Below, piece after piece: positions 10,545-20,347 of a stretch of 64,000 bases of DNA. The notes under the pieces were generated by a model, which made no database searches, was not told the origin of the DNA, and worked only from the letters and a program-made list of their open reading frames with translations. Each line of letters opens with the position of its first letter. Positions within the stretch are counted from its first letter, which is position 1. This DNA is from an uncultured delta proteobacterium (lineage in GTDB: Bacteria > Myxococcota_A > Polyangia > Polyangiales > Polyangiaceae). The stretch lies in assembly GCA_963839305.1 (NCBI GenBank), contig CAWIUL010000011.1, positions 2,505,561 to 2,569,560 of the forward strand, read 5' to 3'. Made by a program: the position numbers and the translations under genes.

Positions 10545-11618
10545 TCAGGCGCCGAAGATCTTGGCGACCTCGTAGGGCGGGGTCACGTCGAGCTGTTCGT
10601 AAGTGCAATCACTCGGGCGCTTGTCGGGGCGCCAGCGCTTGAAGTGCGACGTGTGGCGGAAGCGTCGGCCCTGCATGTGATCGAACGAGACCTCGCAGAC
10701 GCGCTCGACGCGGAGCGGCTCCCACGAGAGATCCTTCTTCGAGTTCCAGCGGCTCTTCATGCCGGGCTTGCGATCGCCCTCCTCGCGCTGCTCGGCGGCC
10801 CAGTCGGCCCACGGGTGATCCTTCACCGCGTTCTCGCGGAGCGGCTCGAGCTCCTTCAAGAGCTCCTTGCGACGCTCGAGGTTGAACGAGGACGTGACGC
10901 CGATGTGTTGGAGGTGACCCTCGGCGTCGAAGAGGCCGAGCAGCAGCGAGCCGACGGCGACGCCCTTCATGTCCTTGTACCAACGGAACCCCGCGACGGC
11001 GCAGTCGACGGTGCGCTCGTGCTTGATCTCGATCATCGTGCGCTTGCCGGGCGAGTAGACGAGGTTTTCGTCCTTCGCGACGACGCCGTCGAGGCCGGCG
11101 CCCTCGAAGCGGTTGAACCAGTCCGTCGCGAGCGCGCGGTCGCGCGTCGCGGGCGTCATGTAGACGGGCGGCACGGCTTTTCCGAGCGACGCCTCGAGCT
11201 TCGCGCGGCGCTCTTTCTGCGGTTTTTGCCGGAGATCCTCTTCGCCGAGAGCGAGCATGTCGAACGCGACGTACGACGCGGGCCACTGCTCGGAGAGCAT
11301 CTTCACGCGCGACGCAGCAGGGTGGATGCGCTGGAGGAGCGCCTCGAACTGGAGCGCACCACCGTGCGCGATGACGACCTCGCCGTCGAGGATGCATCGC
11401 TCCGGCAGGTTCTTCTTGAGCGGCTCGATGAGCTCGGGGAAGTACCTCTGCAGCGGCTTGAGATCGCGGCTCTGGATGACGACGTCGTCGCCGTCGCGAA
11501 ACACGAGCGCGCGAAAACCGTCCCACTTGGGCTCGAAGATGAAATTCGCCCCCTCGGGGATCCCGCTCGTGAGCTTCGCGAGCATGGGCTCGATCGGCGG
11601 CTTGAAAGGCAACGTCAC
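10545..11618 (-). CDS. ATP-dependent DNA ligase (LigD ligase-domain / LigC type)
   Basis: Intact 357-aa ORF. Adenylation motif I is FEPKWDGFR (KxDG). Also DGEVV, the EGAGLDGVVAK motif, and an OB-fold region. Confidence 0.85.
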   Translation of the reverse strand: MTLPFKPPIEPMLAKLTSGIPEGANFIFEPKWDGFRALVFRDGDDVVIQSRDLKPLQRYFPELIEPLKKNLPERCILDGEVVIAHGGALQFEALLQRIHPAASRVKMLSEQWPASYVAFDMLALGEEDLRQKPQKERRAKLEASLGKAVPPVYMTPATRDRALATDWFNRFEGAGLDGVVAKDENLVYSPGKRTMIEIKHERTVDCAVAGFRWYKDMKGVAVGSLLLGLFDAEGHLQHIGVTSSFNLERRKELLKELEPLRENAVKDHPWADWAAEQREEGDRKPGMKSRWNSKKDLSWEPLRVERVCEVSFDHMQGRRFRHTSHFKRWRPDKRPSDCTYEQLDVTPPYEVAKIFGA

Positions 11619-11698
11619 GGGCGAATGTTAACCGATCGTGGTGCTCTCGCGCGGATGTTCAGGCCCGTGTGGAAGGAGCGTTGATGTAATCTGCCGCG

Positions 11699-13106
11699 AT
11701 GCGCTGGCCGTTCGTCGTCTCCGCGCTCGCGTGCGTCGCGTTCGTGCCGCGATGCGACTCCAAGCCCGTCGCGCGCGTGTGCACGATTGCGCGCCCGCAG
11801 GCGGATTTCAGGCTCGCGACCGACGGCACGAATTTCAAAGACAGCCTCGGGCGCGTCGTCTTCCTTCGCGGGGTCGACGCGGGCGGCCGCAGCAAGTTCG
11901 CGCCCTACGTGCCGTTCGACTTCGGGAGCGACTTCGACGGAGCGCTTGCAAAGTACATGGATCGCGCGGCGGGCTGGGGCATCGACGTCATGCGCGTCCC
12001 GTTCACGTGGGCGGCGCTCGAGCCGACGCAGGGCCAAGACGACCCGCAGTGGCTCGCGCGCTACGACGCGATCCTCGACGCCGCGTGGGCGCGCGGCATC
12101 TGGACCGTGGTCGACTTCCACCAAGACATTTACTCCGAGGTCTATTGCGGCGACGGCTTCCCCGGGTGGACCGTGGCGAACCCGCCCGCGCCTCACCACG
12201 ACTGCCCGCAGTGGTCGTTCTCGTATTTCAACGACGCGAACGTGCAGGCCGCGTTCGACGCGTTTTGGGCGAACTCGGGGAACGTCCAGACCGAGTACCT
12301 CGCCGCGTGGGACGTGATGATCGCGCGCTACAAGGACAAGCCCGGCGTGCTCGGCTTCGAGCCGATCAACGAGCCGGACTCTGGAACGCAGCCGGACGAC
12401 ACGTTCTCCGCGTCCATCCTCACGGCGTTCTATCAGACCATGGTGCCGCACATGCGCGGGCTCGCGCCGACGTCGCTCGTGTTCGTCGATCCCACGGGCA
12501 TCGCGGGCGTCAACCTCTCGACGACGTTGCAGCGTCCGCCGGGCGACGGCGTGGTCTTCGCGCCGCACTTCTATCCGCTCGCGCCCACCCCCGAGGCGGT
12601 GCTCGACAACATGCGCAAATGGCAAGCGGTCGGCGCGCAGTGGAACGTCCCGGTGTGGGTCGGCGAGTTCGGCGCGCGCAACGACTTGCCGAGCACGCTC
12701 CCGTTCATGCAAGCGCACTTCGACGCCTTCGACGCGCTCGGCCTGAGCGGCACCGAGTGGGAGTACAGCCAGTCGGCGGAATCTGTGGAACAGCGAGTCC
12801 GATTGGCTCGTCGACGCGAACGGAAACGAGCTCCCCGTCGCGCAGGCGGTCATTCGTCCGTTCGCGCGCGCGGTCGCGGGCTCGTCGATCGCCACCGGCT
12901 TCGACACGGCGACCTCCACGTTCACGCTCGCGTACGCGCCCGCGAGCGGCGTCACCGAGGTTTCGCTCCCCGCGCGCGCGTATCCGAACGGCTACGACGT
13001 CGCGCTCACGGGCGGGTGCTACGACGTGACGACCGCGCCAGGCCAGATGCTCGTCCAGCCCGATCCGGGCGCGGCGAGCGTGTCGCTCACCGTGACGAGC
13101 CGCTAG
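11699..13106 (+). CDS. Secreted glycoside hydrolase family 5 (cellulase / endoglycosylceramidase-like), one +1 frameshift near 12778
   Basis: Signal peptide MRWPFVVSALACVAFV. GH5 motifs VVDFHQDIYSE, GFEPINEP (catalytic acid/base region), VWVGEFG (nucleophile). After ...EWEYSQSAE the protein continues in frame 0 (LWNSESDWLVDANGNELPVAQAVIRPFARAVAGSSIATGFD...) to TAG at 13104..13106. The ORF track runs on in the wrong frame to 13432. Confidence 0.7.
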
Positions 13107-14839
13107 CTCGCGCGCGCCGCGCGGTGCTCCTTGATCGCTTCGACCTTTTGCGCCGTGAGCACGTGCTCCTTGCCGAGCCACGCGCGCCGCGCGATGCCGA
13201 CGCCGTATTTCAGGTGCAAGAGCTCACGCACCGAGTGCGCGTCGGAGTCGATCACGACCGGCACACCAAGCTCACGGGCCATGCGCGCGCCGTTCTCGGG
13301 CACGTCGAGTCGCAAGGGAGAGCTGTTCAATTCGATCGCGACGCCGGTCTTCGCGAGCGCCGCGAGGATCACCTCGAGGTCGAGCTCGCTCGGCTCGCGC
13401 TGGCCGATCTGGCGCCCGAAGGGGTGACCTAGCGCGTCGATCTTGCCCGACTCGATCGCGCGCACGATGCGCTTGGTCATCTCCTCGCGCGGCATGCCGA
13501 GCTTCGAGTGAACGCTGCCGACGACCCAATCGAGCTTGCCGAGCTCGCCCTCGAGATCGAGCGAACCGTCGGCGAGGATGTCGGTCTCGAGCCCCGCGAG
13601 CACTCGGATCTTGCCCTTCATCTTCTCGTCGACCGCGCGAATGCGCTTCACGTGCGCGCGCAGGCGCTCGACCGTGACGCCGTTGGCGATCGTGAGCGAC
13701 GCGGAGTGATCGGTGATGGCGATGTACTTGCGGCCGGCGGCGAGCGCCGCCTTCGCCATCTCTTCGATCGACGCGCGCCCGTCGGTCTCGGTCGTGTGCA
13801 TGTGGAGATCGCCGATGAGGTCCGAGAGCTCGACGAGCTCGGGGAGCGTGCCGTTCTTCGCCGCCTCGATTTCGCCGCGGTTTTCCCGTAGCTCGGGGGC
13901 CATCCACTGGAGGCCGATCGCCTCGTAGACCTCCTCCTCGGTCTGGCCCGCGATCGATTTTTCTTTCTCGTCGAAGACTCCGTACTCGCTCACCTTGAGC
14001 TTCTTCTTCACGGCGATCGTGCGCATCGCCACGTTGTGCTCCTTCGAGCCCGTGAAGTACTGGAGCGCGGCGCCGAACGACGCGCGCGGCACGACGCGCA
14101 GATCGCACTGGATGCCGTTCTTCAGGATGACCGTGGTCTTCGTGTCGCCGCTCGCGAGGATCTCCGAGACCTCGGGGAGCGTCGAGAACGTCGTCATGAT
14201 CTTCGGCGCGTAGTCCGCGTCGGCCGCGACGAGCATGTCGATGTCGCCCACGGTCTCGCGCCGGCGCCGCAGGCTCCCGGCGAACTCGCACTGGAGCACA
14301 CCGGGCACCGCGCGGACCTTCGCGCAGAGGGCCTCTGCGAGCTCGAGCGCCTCGGCCATGAGCCAGCGCTTCGGCGCGGACGCGCGCTTCCTCCACGCGG
14401 CGATCGACGCGATGAGCTTCTCCTCGCGCTTCGCGCCGAAGCGCGGGAGGTCCGCGAGCTTGTGGTCCTTCGCGGCGGCCTCGAGCGCGTCGACGGTCGT
14501 GATGCCGCGCTCCTTCCACACTTGTTGCGCGGTCTTGATGCCGACGCCGGGCAAGTTCATGAGATCCATGAGGCCGGGCGGGAGCTTCGCGCGGTGCTCG
14601 TCGAGATCGGCGAGCTTGCCGGTCTCGATGAGCTCCTTCATGCGCCGGACGACGCCGTCCCCGATGCCGTGGGTCTTGCCGAGCGTGCCCGCCTTCACCT
14701 TCGCCGCGATCGGCTCGCCCATGCCCTCGATCGCGCGCGCCGCGGTGCGGAACGCCCGCACCTTGAACGGCACCTCACCGAGCAGCTCGAGCACGTCGGC
14801 CAGCTCGAGGAACGTGCGCGCGATGGTCTCGTTGTCCAC
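13103..14839 (-). CDS. polX: DNA polymerase X family protein with C-terminal PHP phosphoesterase domain (PolX)
   Basis: Intact 578 aa. N-terminal helix-hairpin-helix (ARTFLELADVLELLGEVPFKVRAFRTAARAIE). Pol-beta-like nucleotidyltransferase motif GSLRRRRETVGDIDMLV. PHP motif IGDLHMHTTETDG. Its stop overlaps the GH5 stop in a palindromic CTAG. Confidence 0.9.
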   Translation of the reverse strand: MDNETIARTFLELADVLELLGEVPFKVRAFRTAARAIEGMGEPIAAKVKAGTLGKTHGIGDGVVRRMKELIETGKLADLDEHRAKLPPGLMDLMNLPGVGIKTAQQVWKERGITTVDALEAAAKDHKLADLPRFGAKREEKLIASIAAWRKRASAPKRWLMAEALELAEALCAKVRAVPGVLQCEFAGSLRRRRETVGDIDMLVAADADYAPKIMTTFSTLPEVSEILASGDTKTTVILKNGIQCDLRVVPRASFGAALQYFTGSKEHNVAMRTIAVKKKLKVSEYGVFDEKEKSIAGQTEEEVYEAIGLQWMAPELRENRGEIEAAKNGTLPELVELSDLIGDLHMHTTETDGRASIEEMAKAALAAGRKYIAITDHSASLTIANGVTVERLRAHVKRIRAVDEKMKGKIRVLAGLETDILADGSLDLEGELGKLDWVVGSVHSKLGMPREEMTKRIVRAIESGKIDALGHPFGRQIGQREPSELDLEVILAALAKTGVAIELNSSPLRLDVPENGARMARELGVPVVIDSDAHSVRELLHLKYGVGIARRAWLGKEHVLTAQKVEAIKEHRAARAS

Positions 14840-14848
14840 GCCGCGATG

Positions 14849-16645
14849 CTAGCACCGACGACGCCGCGCGATGACGAGCCCCGCGAGCGCGAGCGCGAAG
14901 AACGCGCCGTTTCGCGAGGTCTCGCCGGGTGCGCTCACGGAGCACCCATCGCCGTATTTCGGCGTGTTGTACCCGCCGCCGTAACCGCCGCCGTAGCCGC
15001 CGCCATAGCCGCCGTAGCCGCTCGAGCTCGGGTCTTGCTCGCACGTCCCGATGACCACGTCGGCCGTGTTCGACCCGCTCGCGAACGAGCGCACGTTCGA
15101 GTCCGACACGGTCAGGATCTCGCCGTTGTTCTCGAAGGCGCGGCGCGGATGGTTCGGGAGCGAGAGGAACGAGTCGAGCTCGAGCGAGTCGTTCTGCCAC
15201 TTCACGAGCTGCACGCCGCTCCCATTGTCGCCGCAGCCTTGTGGCGACGAGTACGGCACCGCGACGATGCCGTCGTCGAACACGCGGAACGCCTTCTGGA
15301 TGCGATCCTGATCCTCGGGCAGCTCGCCGTTGAGGATCGCGTAGTCCTCGTAGAAATCGTTCGCCGCGAACGCCGCGCGCGCGAGCATCTTCGGCGAGTC
15401 CATGTTGCTCACGTCGAAGAGCGACACGTTGAGGCTGCCGTTCGGGTCGGTGCGGTCGATGCCGAGGCCGATGATGCGATCGCCGTGCGGCTGGAGGTAG
15501 AACATGAAGCCGGGCATCGCGAGCTGGCCGCGCTGCTTCGGGTTCGCGGGGTCGGTGAGATCGATCGCGAAGAGCGGATCGGTCTGGTTGTACGTGATCG
15601 CGTAGGCGCGCGTGTCGTCGAACGCGACCGTGCGAAGCCCCTCTTGCATCGGGAGCTCGAGGGTCGTCTTGCCGAGCGGCACGAACGACTGCGTGCTCGC
15701 GATCTGGAACGTCTCGACGTTGGGCATCGCGACGCCGTTGCCCGTGCGGCCCGCGCCGACCTGCGAGATCACGCGAAACACGCCGTTTCGCTCGTCCATC
15801 TGCCAGCGGCTCAAGACCGCGCCCGCGACCGTGATGCGCGCGCCCTTGCCGAGCTGACCGCCCGGATCGGTGATGTCGAGCACGTCGATGATGCCCTCGG
15901 GCGGCGCCGTCGTGCAGTCGTAGTAGCAGTACGTCGTCGGGTCGACGTCGGCGTGCCCGCCCACGTAGAGCCGCCCGTCTCCGACGAGGATGCTCCGCGT
16001 CCAGTGCGTGCCCCACGCGAGGTTGTAGCTGTCGGGCGCGTTGCTCTGGAAGCTCGCCTGGTCGACCTGATGGATGCTCGCGGCGTCGGTCGCGTCGAAG
16101 CTCGTCACGAGCGTCTGCGGCGGCGGCGAGCAGCCCTGGCACGGCGAGTCCTCGTACGTCGCCACGTAGAGGATGTTTCCGACGAAGCGCGAGTCGGCGA
16201 GCTGCCCGGGCATCGCGACGTCGGCGCGCTGCACGAGCTTGGACGCGTCCGAGATGTCGAGCACGACAATCTGCGCGTTCGCGACCGCCGGCTCATAGTA
16301 GGTCGCTTGGGTCGTCGTGACATTCGTCATCGCGACGAGATCGTTTCCCCGCAGGTACATCTCGAACGGCTCGCCCGGAATCGTCGTTTGCCCGAGGAGC
16401 GTGAGCGTGCCCGCCTTCGAGACGTCGACGACGCTCACCGTGCCGGAGCGCGACATGGCGTAGAGCCGCCCGTCGCGCACTTGGATGATGTCCGCTTCGG
16501 CGATCGCGCGGGCCGCGTCGCCTGGAGCGGGGGTGGCCGCTGGAGGTGCCGCTCCCGAATTCGCGGAGGAAGAAGCGCTGGCGCCGCACCCGGCGGCGCC
16601 GAGCGCGAGGAGGAGACATGAAGTTAAGGCTAAGGAAGACCGCAT
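14849..16645 (-). CDS. Secreted lipoprotein with a predicted beta-propeller-type body, Gly-Tyr repeat and MYXO-CTERM sorting signal
   Basis: ATG at 16645 (MRSSLALTSCLLLALGAAGCG lipobox). C-terminus ...GYGGYGGGYGGGYGGGYNTPKYGDGCSVSAPGETSRNGAFFALALAGLVIARRRRC matches the MYXO-CTERM pattern (GC motif, TM helix, basic tail). Confidence 0.7.
   Translation of the reverse strand: MRSSLALTSCLLLALGAAGCGASASSSANSGAAPPAATPAPGDAARAIAEADIIQVRDGRLYAMSRSGTVSVVDVSKAGTLTLLGQTTIPGEPFEMYLRGNDLVAMTNVTTTQATYYEPAVANAQIVVLDISDASKLVQRADVAMPGQLADSRFVGNILYVATYEDSPCQGCSPPPQTLVTSFDATDAASIHQVDQASFQSNAPDSYNLAWGTHWTRSILVGDGRLYVGGHADVDPTTYCYYDCTTAPPEGIIDVLDITDPGGQLGKGARITVAGAVLSRWQMDERNGVFRVISQVGAGRTGNGVAMPNVETFQIASTQSFVPLGKTTLELPMQEGLRTVAFDDTRAYAITYNQTDPLFAIDLTDPANPKQRGQLAMPGFMFYLQPHGDRIIGLGIDRTDPNGSLNVSLFDVSNMDSPKMLARAAFAANDFYEDYAILNGELPEDQDRIQKAFRVFDDGIVAVPYSSPQGCGDNGSGVQLVKWQNDSLELDSFLSLPNHPRRAFENNGEILTVSDSNVRSFASGSNTADVVIGTCEQDPSSSGYGGYGGGYGGGYGGGYNTPKYGDGCSVSAPGETSRNGAFFALALAGLVIARRRRC
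14969..15020. repeat. Short tandem repeat (12-nt units ccgccgta[ag]ccg) encoding a Gly-Tyr repeat (GYGGYGGGYGGGYGGGY)
   Basis: gtacccgccgccgtaaccgccgccgtagccgccgccatagccgccgtagccgct lies inside the 3' end of the lipoprotein gene on the minus strand. Confidence 0.6.
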
Positions 16646-16738
16646 GCGCGCGAGGCATCGCAAGGTGCGCGCCAGCCGTATTTCAGCTGGTTTTTACGCG
16701 TCCGCGCGGACGAGGTCTGGCATCGCTGTCAGAGTGGC

Positions 16739-17623
16739 ATGTCGCTCGCAAAGCGTTCGCCCATGCACAAGCTCACCAACGGCGAGGTCGAGGTCGTCGT
16801 CTCCACCGAGTTCGGGCCGCGAGTCCTCGAGTACCGTCGGCGCGGGGGAGAGAACGTCTTCGGCGTGCTCGCGAACGTCCCCGGCAAGCCAACGCCGTTT
16901 GGCGAGGAGTGGCACATCCGGGGTGGTCACCGCTTGTGGCACGCGCCCGAAGATGCGGTGCGCACGTACTGGCCCGACAACGACGCCGTGAAGGTGCGCG
17001 GCGGCGAGCGCGAGGCCACGTTCACCCAGCCCATCGAACGAAACACGCTCATCGAAAAAGAAATCTCGATCGAGCTCGGCGCGGGGTCGACCGTGCGGGT
17101 CACGCACCGCATGCGAAACCACGGGGCGTTCGAGGTGAAGCTCGCGCTCTGGGGGCTCTCGGTCATGCGCACGGGCGGGTTCGCGGTGATCGCGCAGCCG
17201 CCGTTCGCGCCGTTTCCGGAGGCGCTCGGCCCGGCGCGCCCGCTCGTCACCTGGTCGTACACGCGCATGAACGACCGCCGCTTCACGTGGGGCGACAGGT
17301 TCGTGCGCGTTCGGCAGGATCCCGCCGTCGGCGCGCCTCAGAAGATCGGCGTTTACGACGTGGTCGGCGCGGTCGGCTACGCGTCGCAGCGCGAGCTCTT
17401 CGTGAAGATGCACGAGCCGCTGCCGGGCGAGCACACGGACTTCGGGTGCAACGTGGAGGTCTTCGTGAACGACACGTTCCTCGAGCTCGAGACGCTCTCG
17501 CCGATGGTGCGCATCGCGCCCGGCGGGCAAGCGCAGCACGTCGAGGTGTGGAACATCTTGCCGCTCGCGGGCGAGGACGACGCGGCCATCGCCGACGCGT
17601 TCACTCACGTTCGAAGGACGTGA
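16739..17623 (+). CDS. Hypothetical protein
   Basis: Intact 294-aa ORF with non-repetitive composition. Convergent 19-nt overlap with the hydrolase gene. Confidence 0.5.
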   Translation: MSLAKRSPMHKLTNGEVEVVVSTEFGPRVLEYRRRGGENVFGVLANVPGKPTPFGEEWHIRGGHRLWHAPEDAVRTYWPDNDAVKVRGGEREATFTQPIERNTLIEKEISIELGAGSTVRVTHRMRNHGAFEVKLALWGLSVMRTGGFAVIAQPPFAPFPEALGPARPLVTWSYTRMNDRRFTWGDRFVRVRQDPAVGAPQKIGVYDVVGAVGYASQRELFVKMHEPLPGEHTDFGCNVEVFVNDTFLELETLSPMVRIAPGGQAQHVEVWNILPLAGEDDAAIADAFTHVRRT

Positions 17624-18303
17624 TCGAGCACGGCGCGCGCGACGTGCGCGGGCGCCTCGGCGGAGACGTCGTGACCGGCGCCGGGGATGATCACGGTGCG
17701 CGAGCGCGGGATACGCTCGAGCTCGCGCTGGGCCGAGCGCGGAATGACGCGATCGCGCTCGCCCGCGACGACCAGCGTGTCGGCGCCTATCCTCTCGAGC
17801 TCGCCGCGCGCGTCGTGACGGAGCGCAGCCGCGAGGAGCAGCGCGAGCGAGCGGCGCGACGTCGGCTGCGCGCGCGTGAGGAGGCGCAGCGCGGGCGCAA
17901 TCGAACGCGAGCGCGTGACGACGATCTTGGGCGCCGTCGACGCGAGCACGAGGCGTGCGACGCGCGCGGGTGAATCGATCGCGAGGCGCGTCGCGACCAT
18001 TCCGCCGAGCGAGATGCCGTAGACGTGAGCGCGCTTCACCGCGAGCGCGTCGAGGACCGCGGTCGCATCGGCGGCCATCGAGCGCGTTGTCGTGTTCCAG
18101 GGCGCGTCGCTCGATCGACCGGTGCCGCGCGCGTCGAACGCGATGACGCGCAGGTGCTCGGCGAGCGCGTCGGCGAACGTGGACCAGAGCGTCATCGCGC
18201 CGCCGAGCGGTCCGATGAGGAGGAGCGGCGGCGCGGCGCCCTCCGGGCCGCGGTCTTCGTACGCGATGCTCCCGCCGTCGCGGAGCGCGACGCGAGGCGT
18301 CAC
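17605..18303 (-). CDS. Alpha/beta hydrolase fold protein
   Basis: GTG start at 18303 (VTPRVALRDGGSIAYEDRGPEGAAPPLLLIGPLGG). Nucleophile elbow GISLGG. The start overlaps the upstream stop (GTGA). The N-terminal 58 codons in the ORF track are Arg-rich junk. Confidence 0.7.
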   Translation of the reverse strand: MTPRVALRDGGSIAYEDRGPEGAAPPLLLIGPLGGAMTLWSTFADALAEHLRVIAFDARGTGRSSDAPWNTTTRSMAADATAVLDALAVKRAHVYGISLGGMVATRLAIDSPARVARLVLASTAPKIVVTRSRSIAPALRLLTRAQPTSRRSLALLLAAALRHDARGELERIGADTLVVAGERDRVIPRSAQRELERIPRSRTVIIPGAGHDVSAEAPAHVARAVLDHVLRT

Positions 18304-19097
18304 CGGCTCGCCTCGCGCGCCATCGACGAGAGCGCCGACTGCATGCGCTCGCGAATTCGCTCGCGCGCGATTGCGGGGTCTTCGCCGTCCGCGACGCGCA
18401 CCGGCGGGAGCACGCGAAGGCTCACGCGAAATGGCAGCGGAAAATAGGGCGTCCACGGCCCGAGCGCGACACCCCACGGGAGCGCGAGCGCGATCGGGAA
18501 ACGTTCCACGCGCGCGAAGCGGTGCAGGCGAAGCGCCCGCGCGATGCGCTCGCCGTCGTCGATGATGAGCGCCGACCGGTGCGCGCCGTGCGCCACGATC
18601 GGGACGATGGGCACGCCCGCGCGCTGCGCGAGGCGAACGAATCCGGTGCGCTCGCCGAGCACGATCTCGTTTCGCCTTCGCGTGTGCCGATACGCCTCGA
18701 GGTCGCCGCCGGGATAGACGAGCACCTTCGCGCCCGATCGCAGCGCACGAAGCGCGGTCTCCGGGTGAGCACGAAGCGCCCCGAACCTTTGGAGCGCGCG
18801 GCCGAAGCTCGTCAGCTGGCGCATCGCGAAGTCGTGCGCGAGCGCGTAGACCGGCGCGCTCGGACCAAACGTCTCCCAGAGCGTGACGAGCAAGCAGAGC
18901 ACGTCGGGCCCCGCGATCCCTCCGTTGTGATTCGAGACGAGGAGCGCGGGCTCGCGCGACACCGCCTCGAGGTGCTCGAGCCCGTCGCGGCGAAGACGCC
19001 AGTAACGCGACGTGATCGTTCGCGCCGCCGGGAGCACGGCGTACACGGCGCGTTCGTCACGTGCGTCGAGGCGATCGGGATCGAACCTACGTGTCAT
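18300..19097 (-). CDS. Lysophospholipid acyltransferase (PlsC/LPLAT superfamily) protein
   Basis: ATG at 19097 (MTRRFDPDRL). Motifs NHNGGIAGPD, VLVYPGGDLEAYR, GVPIVPIVAHG. The start overlaps the stop of the upstream gene (ATGA). Confidence 0.7.
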   Translation of the reverse strand: MTRRFDPDRLDARDERAVYAVLPAARTITSRYWRLRRDGLEHLEAVSREPALLVSNHNGGIAGPDVLCLLVTLWETFGPSAPVYALAHDFAMRQLTSFGRALQRFGALRAHPETALRALRSGAKVLVYPGGDLEAYRHTRRRNEIVLGERTGFVRLAQRAGVPIVPIVAHGAHRSALIIDDGERIARALRLHRFARVERFPIALALPWGVALGPWTPYFPLPFRVSLRVLPPVRVADGEDPAIARERIRERMQSALSSMAREASR

Positions 19098-20347
19098 CGC
19101 GTCACGCAGCGCTGAACGGACCACGACGCGTACGCGAGCGCGAGCGTCGCCGGCTGCAAGCCGAACGACGTGCCGAGGAAGGTCTGTGCGTGCTCGGAGA
19201 GCCCAGGCCCGATCGCGAGGAAAAGCCCTAGCGCGAACGCGGCGACGCTCGTGCGCGCGTCGGTGAAATAGGTCTCGTCGCGCGCGAGCGGCTCGCGGCG
19301 AAGTCGGTGCTGGACGAGCATGAACGCAACGCAGACGAGCCCGGCATCGTAGTGGAACAAGTACGGCGAGAGGCACAGGCTGATCGGGATCACCGCGGCG
19401 AGCGAGAGATCCCAAGCGCGCGAAGCGATCTCGTCGCGACGCGCGGAGATCTTGAGGAGCCAAGCGAACGCGAACAGCGTGAGCGCCGCGCCGACGACCG
19501 TGCCGAGGAGCGGCGAGACCGCGTCGAACGTGTTCGTCCCGAGCCGGAAGAACCCGATCTGCGCCCAAGGGCGCGCCGACGCGCTGCGCGTCCACTCGAA
19601 CATCCGCGCCGAGACGTGCGCGTAGTGCCGCGCGGCCTCGGGAAACACGAGGAAGCTCGCGCCCGACACGAGGCTGCCCACGACCGCGGCCGCGACGACC
19701 GCGCGAAACCGGCGCTGGATCATCAAATACGCGACGAATCCCACGACGATCTGCGGCTTGATCGCGAGGAGGCCGAGCCACACGCCTGCGCTCACGTCGC
19801 GCGAGCGCCGGAGCGACACCACGAAGAGCACGAGCGGCACCGCGAGGAGCGCCGTCATCTGCGCGTACGCGATCGAGTACGCGACCGGCGCGAACCGCAC
19901 GACGAGCCAAAGCTCTTGCGACGGCGCCGCGTCCTTCAGCTCGCGCTCGGCGATCGCGCACGTCACGAGCCACAGCGCGATCGACAGCGCCCAGAAGACG
20001 ACGAGCGCCGCGCCGTACGGCAGCGCCGACAGCGGCGCGAAGAGAAGCGCCACGAGCGGCGGATGCATGAACGGCGTCTCCACCGCGCCCCCGCGAAAAA
20101 TCTCCTCGAGCCGATCGTAGAGGTGCGCGGACTGCCCGAGCCGAGCGAGCTCCCCCGCGTGATAGAACCCGCGAAAATCCCCGCCGACGTCGCCGTCCGC
20201 GAGCGCGTGCGGGTTCGCGACGAACCGCGCGAGCCCGATGACGAAGACCACCGCGAAGAACACGTTCGCCCACCGCGCGTTTCTCCGCACGGTCACGAGG
20301 CGCGCGACACGATCGACGAAGCGCTGCTCGAGGTCGCGGAGTGTCAC
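19094..20347 (-). CDS. Polytopic membrane protein, DUF2029 / GT87-like (polyprenol-phosphate-sugar dependent glycosyltransferase family, PimE/Aft-like)
   Basis: 417 aa with about 9-10 hydrophobic helices. An acidic/aromatic loop (GDVGGDFRGFYHAGELARLG) follows the first TM helix, as in GT87 proteins. Confidence 0.55.
   Translation of the reverse strand: MTLRDLEQRFVDRVARLVTVRRNARWANVFFAVVFVIGLARFVANPHALADGDVGGDFRGFYHAGELARLGQSAHLYDRLEEIFRGGAVETPFMHPPLVALLFAPLSALPYGAALVVFWALSIALWLVTCAIAERELKDAAPSQELWLVVRFAPVAYSIAYAQMTALLAVPLVLFVVSLRRSRDVSAGVWLGLLAIKPQIVVGFVAYLMIQRRFRAVVAAAVVGSLVSGASFLVFPEAARHYAHVSARMFEWTRSASARPWAQIGFFRLGTNTFDAVSPLLGTVVGAALTLFAFAWLLKISARRDEIASRAWDLSLAAVIPISLCLSPYLFHYDAGLVCVAFMLVQHRLRREPLARDETYFTDARTSVAAFALGLFLAIGPGLSEHAQTFLGTSFGLQPATLALAYASWSVQRCVTR

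Noticed and set aside
13103-13106. polX and GH5 stop codons overlapping in a palindromic CTAG
   Set aside because: A real but trivial feature of convergent gene packing. It has no apparent regulatory meaning.
14036-16621. 861-aa plus-strand ORF antisense to polX and the beta-propeller lipoprotein. Also 24115..26064 antisense to dnaK and 8679..9899 antisense to ligD-pol.
   Set aside because: Shadow ORFs opposite highly conserved genes with low-complexity R/A/D/E-rich translations.
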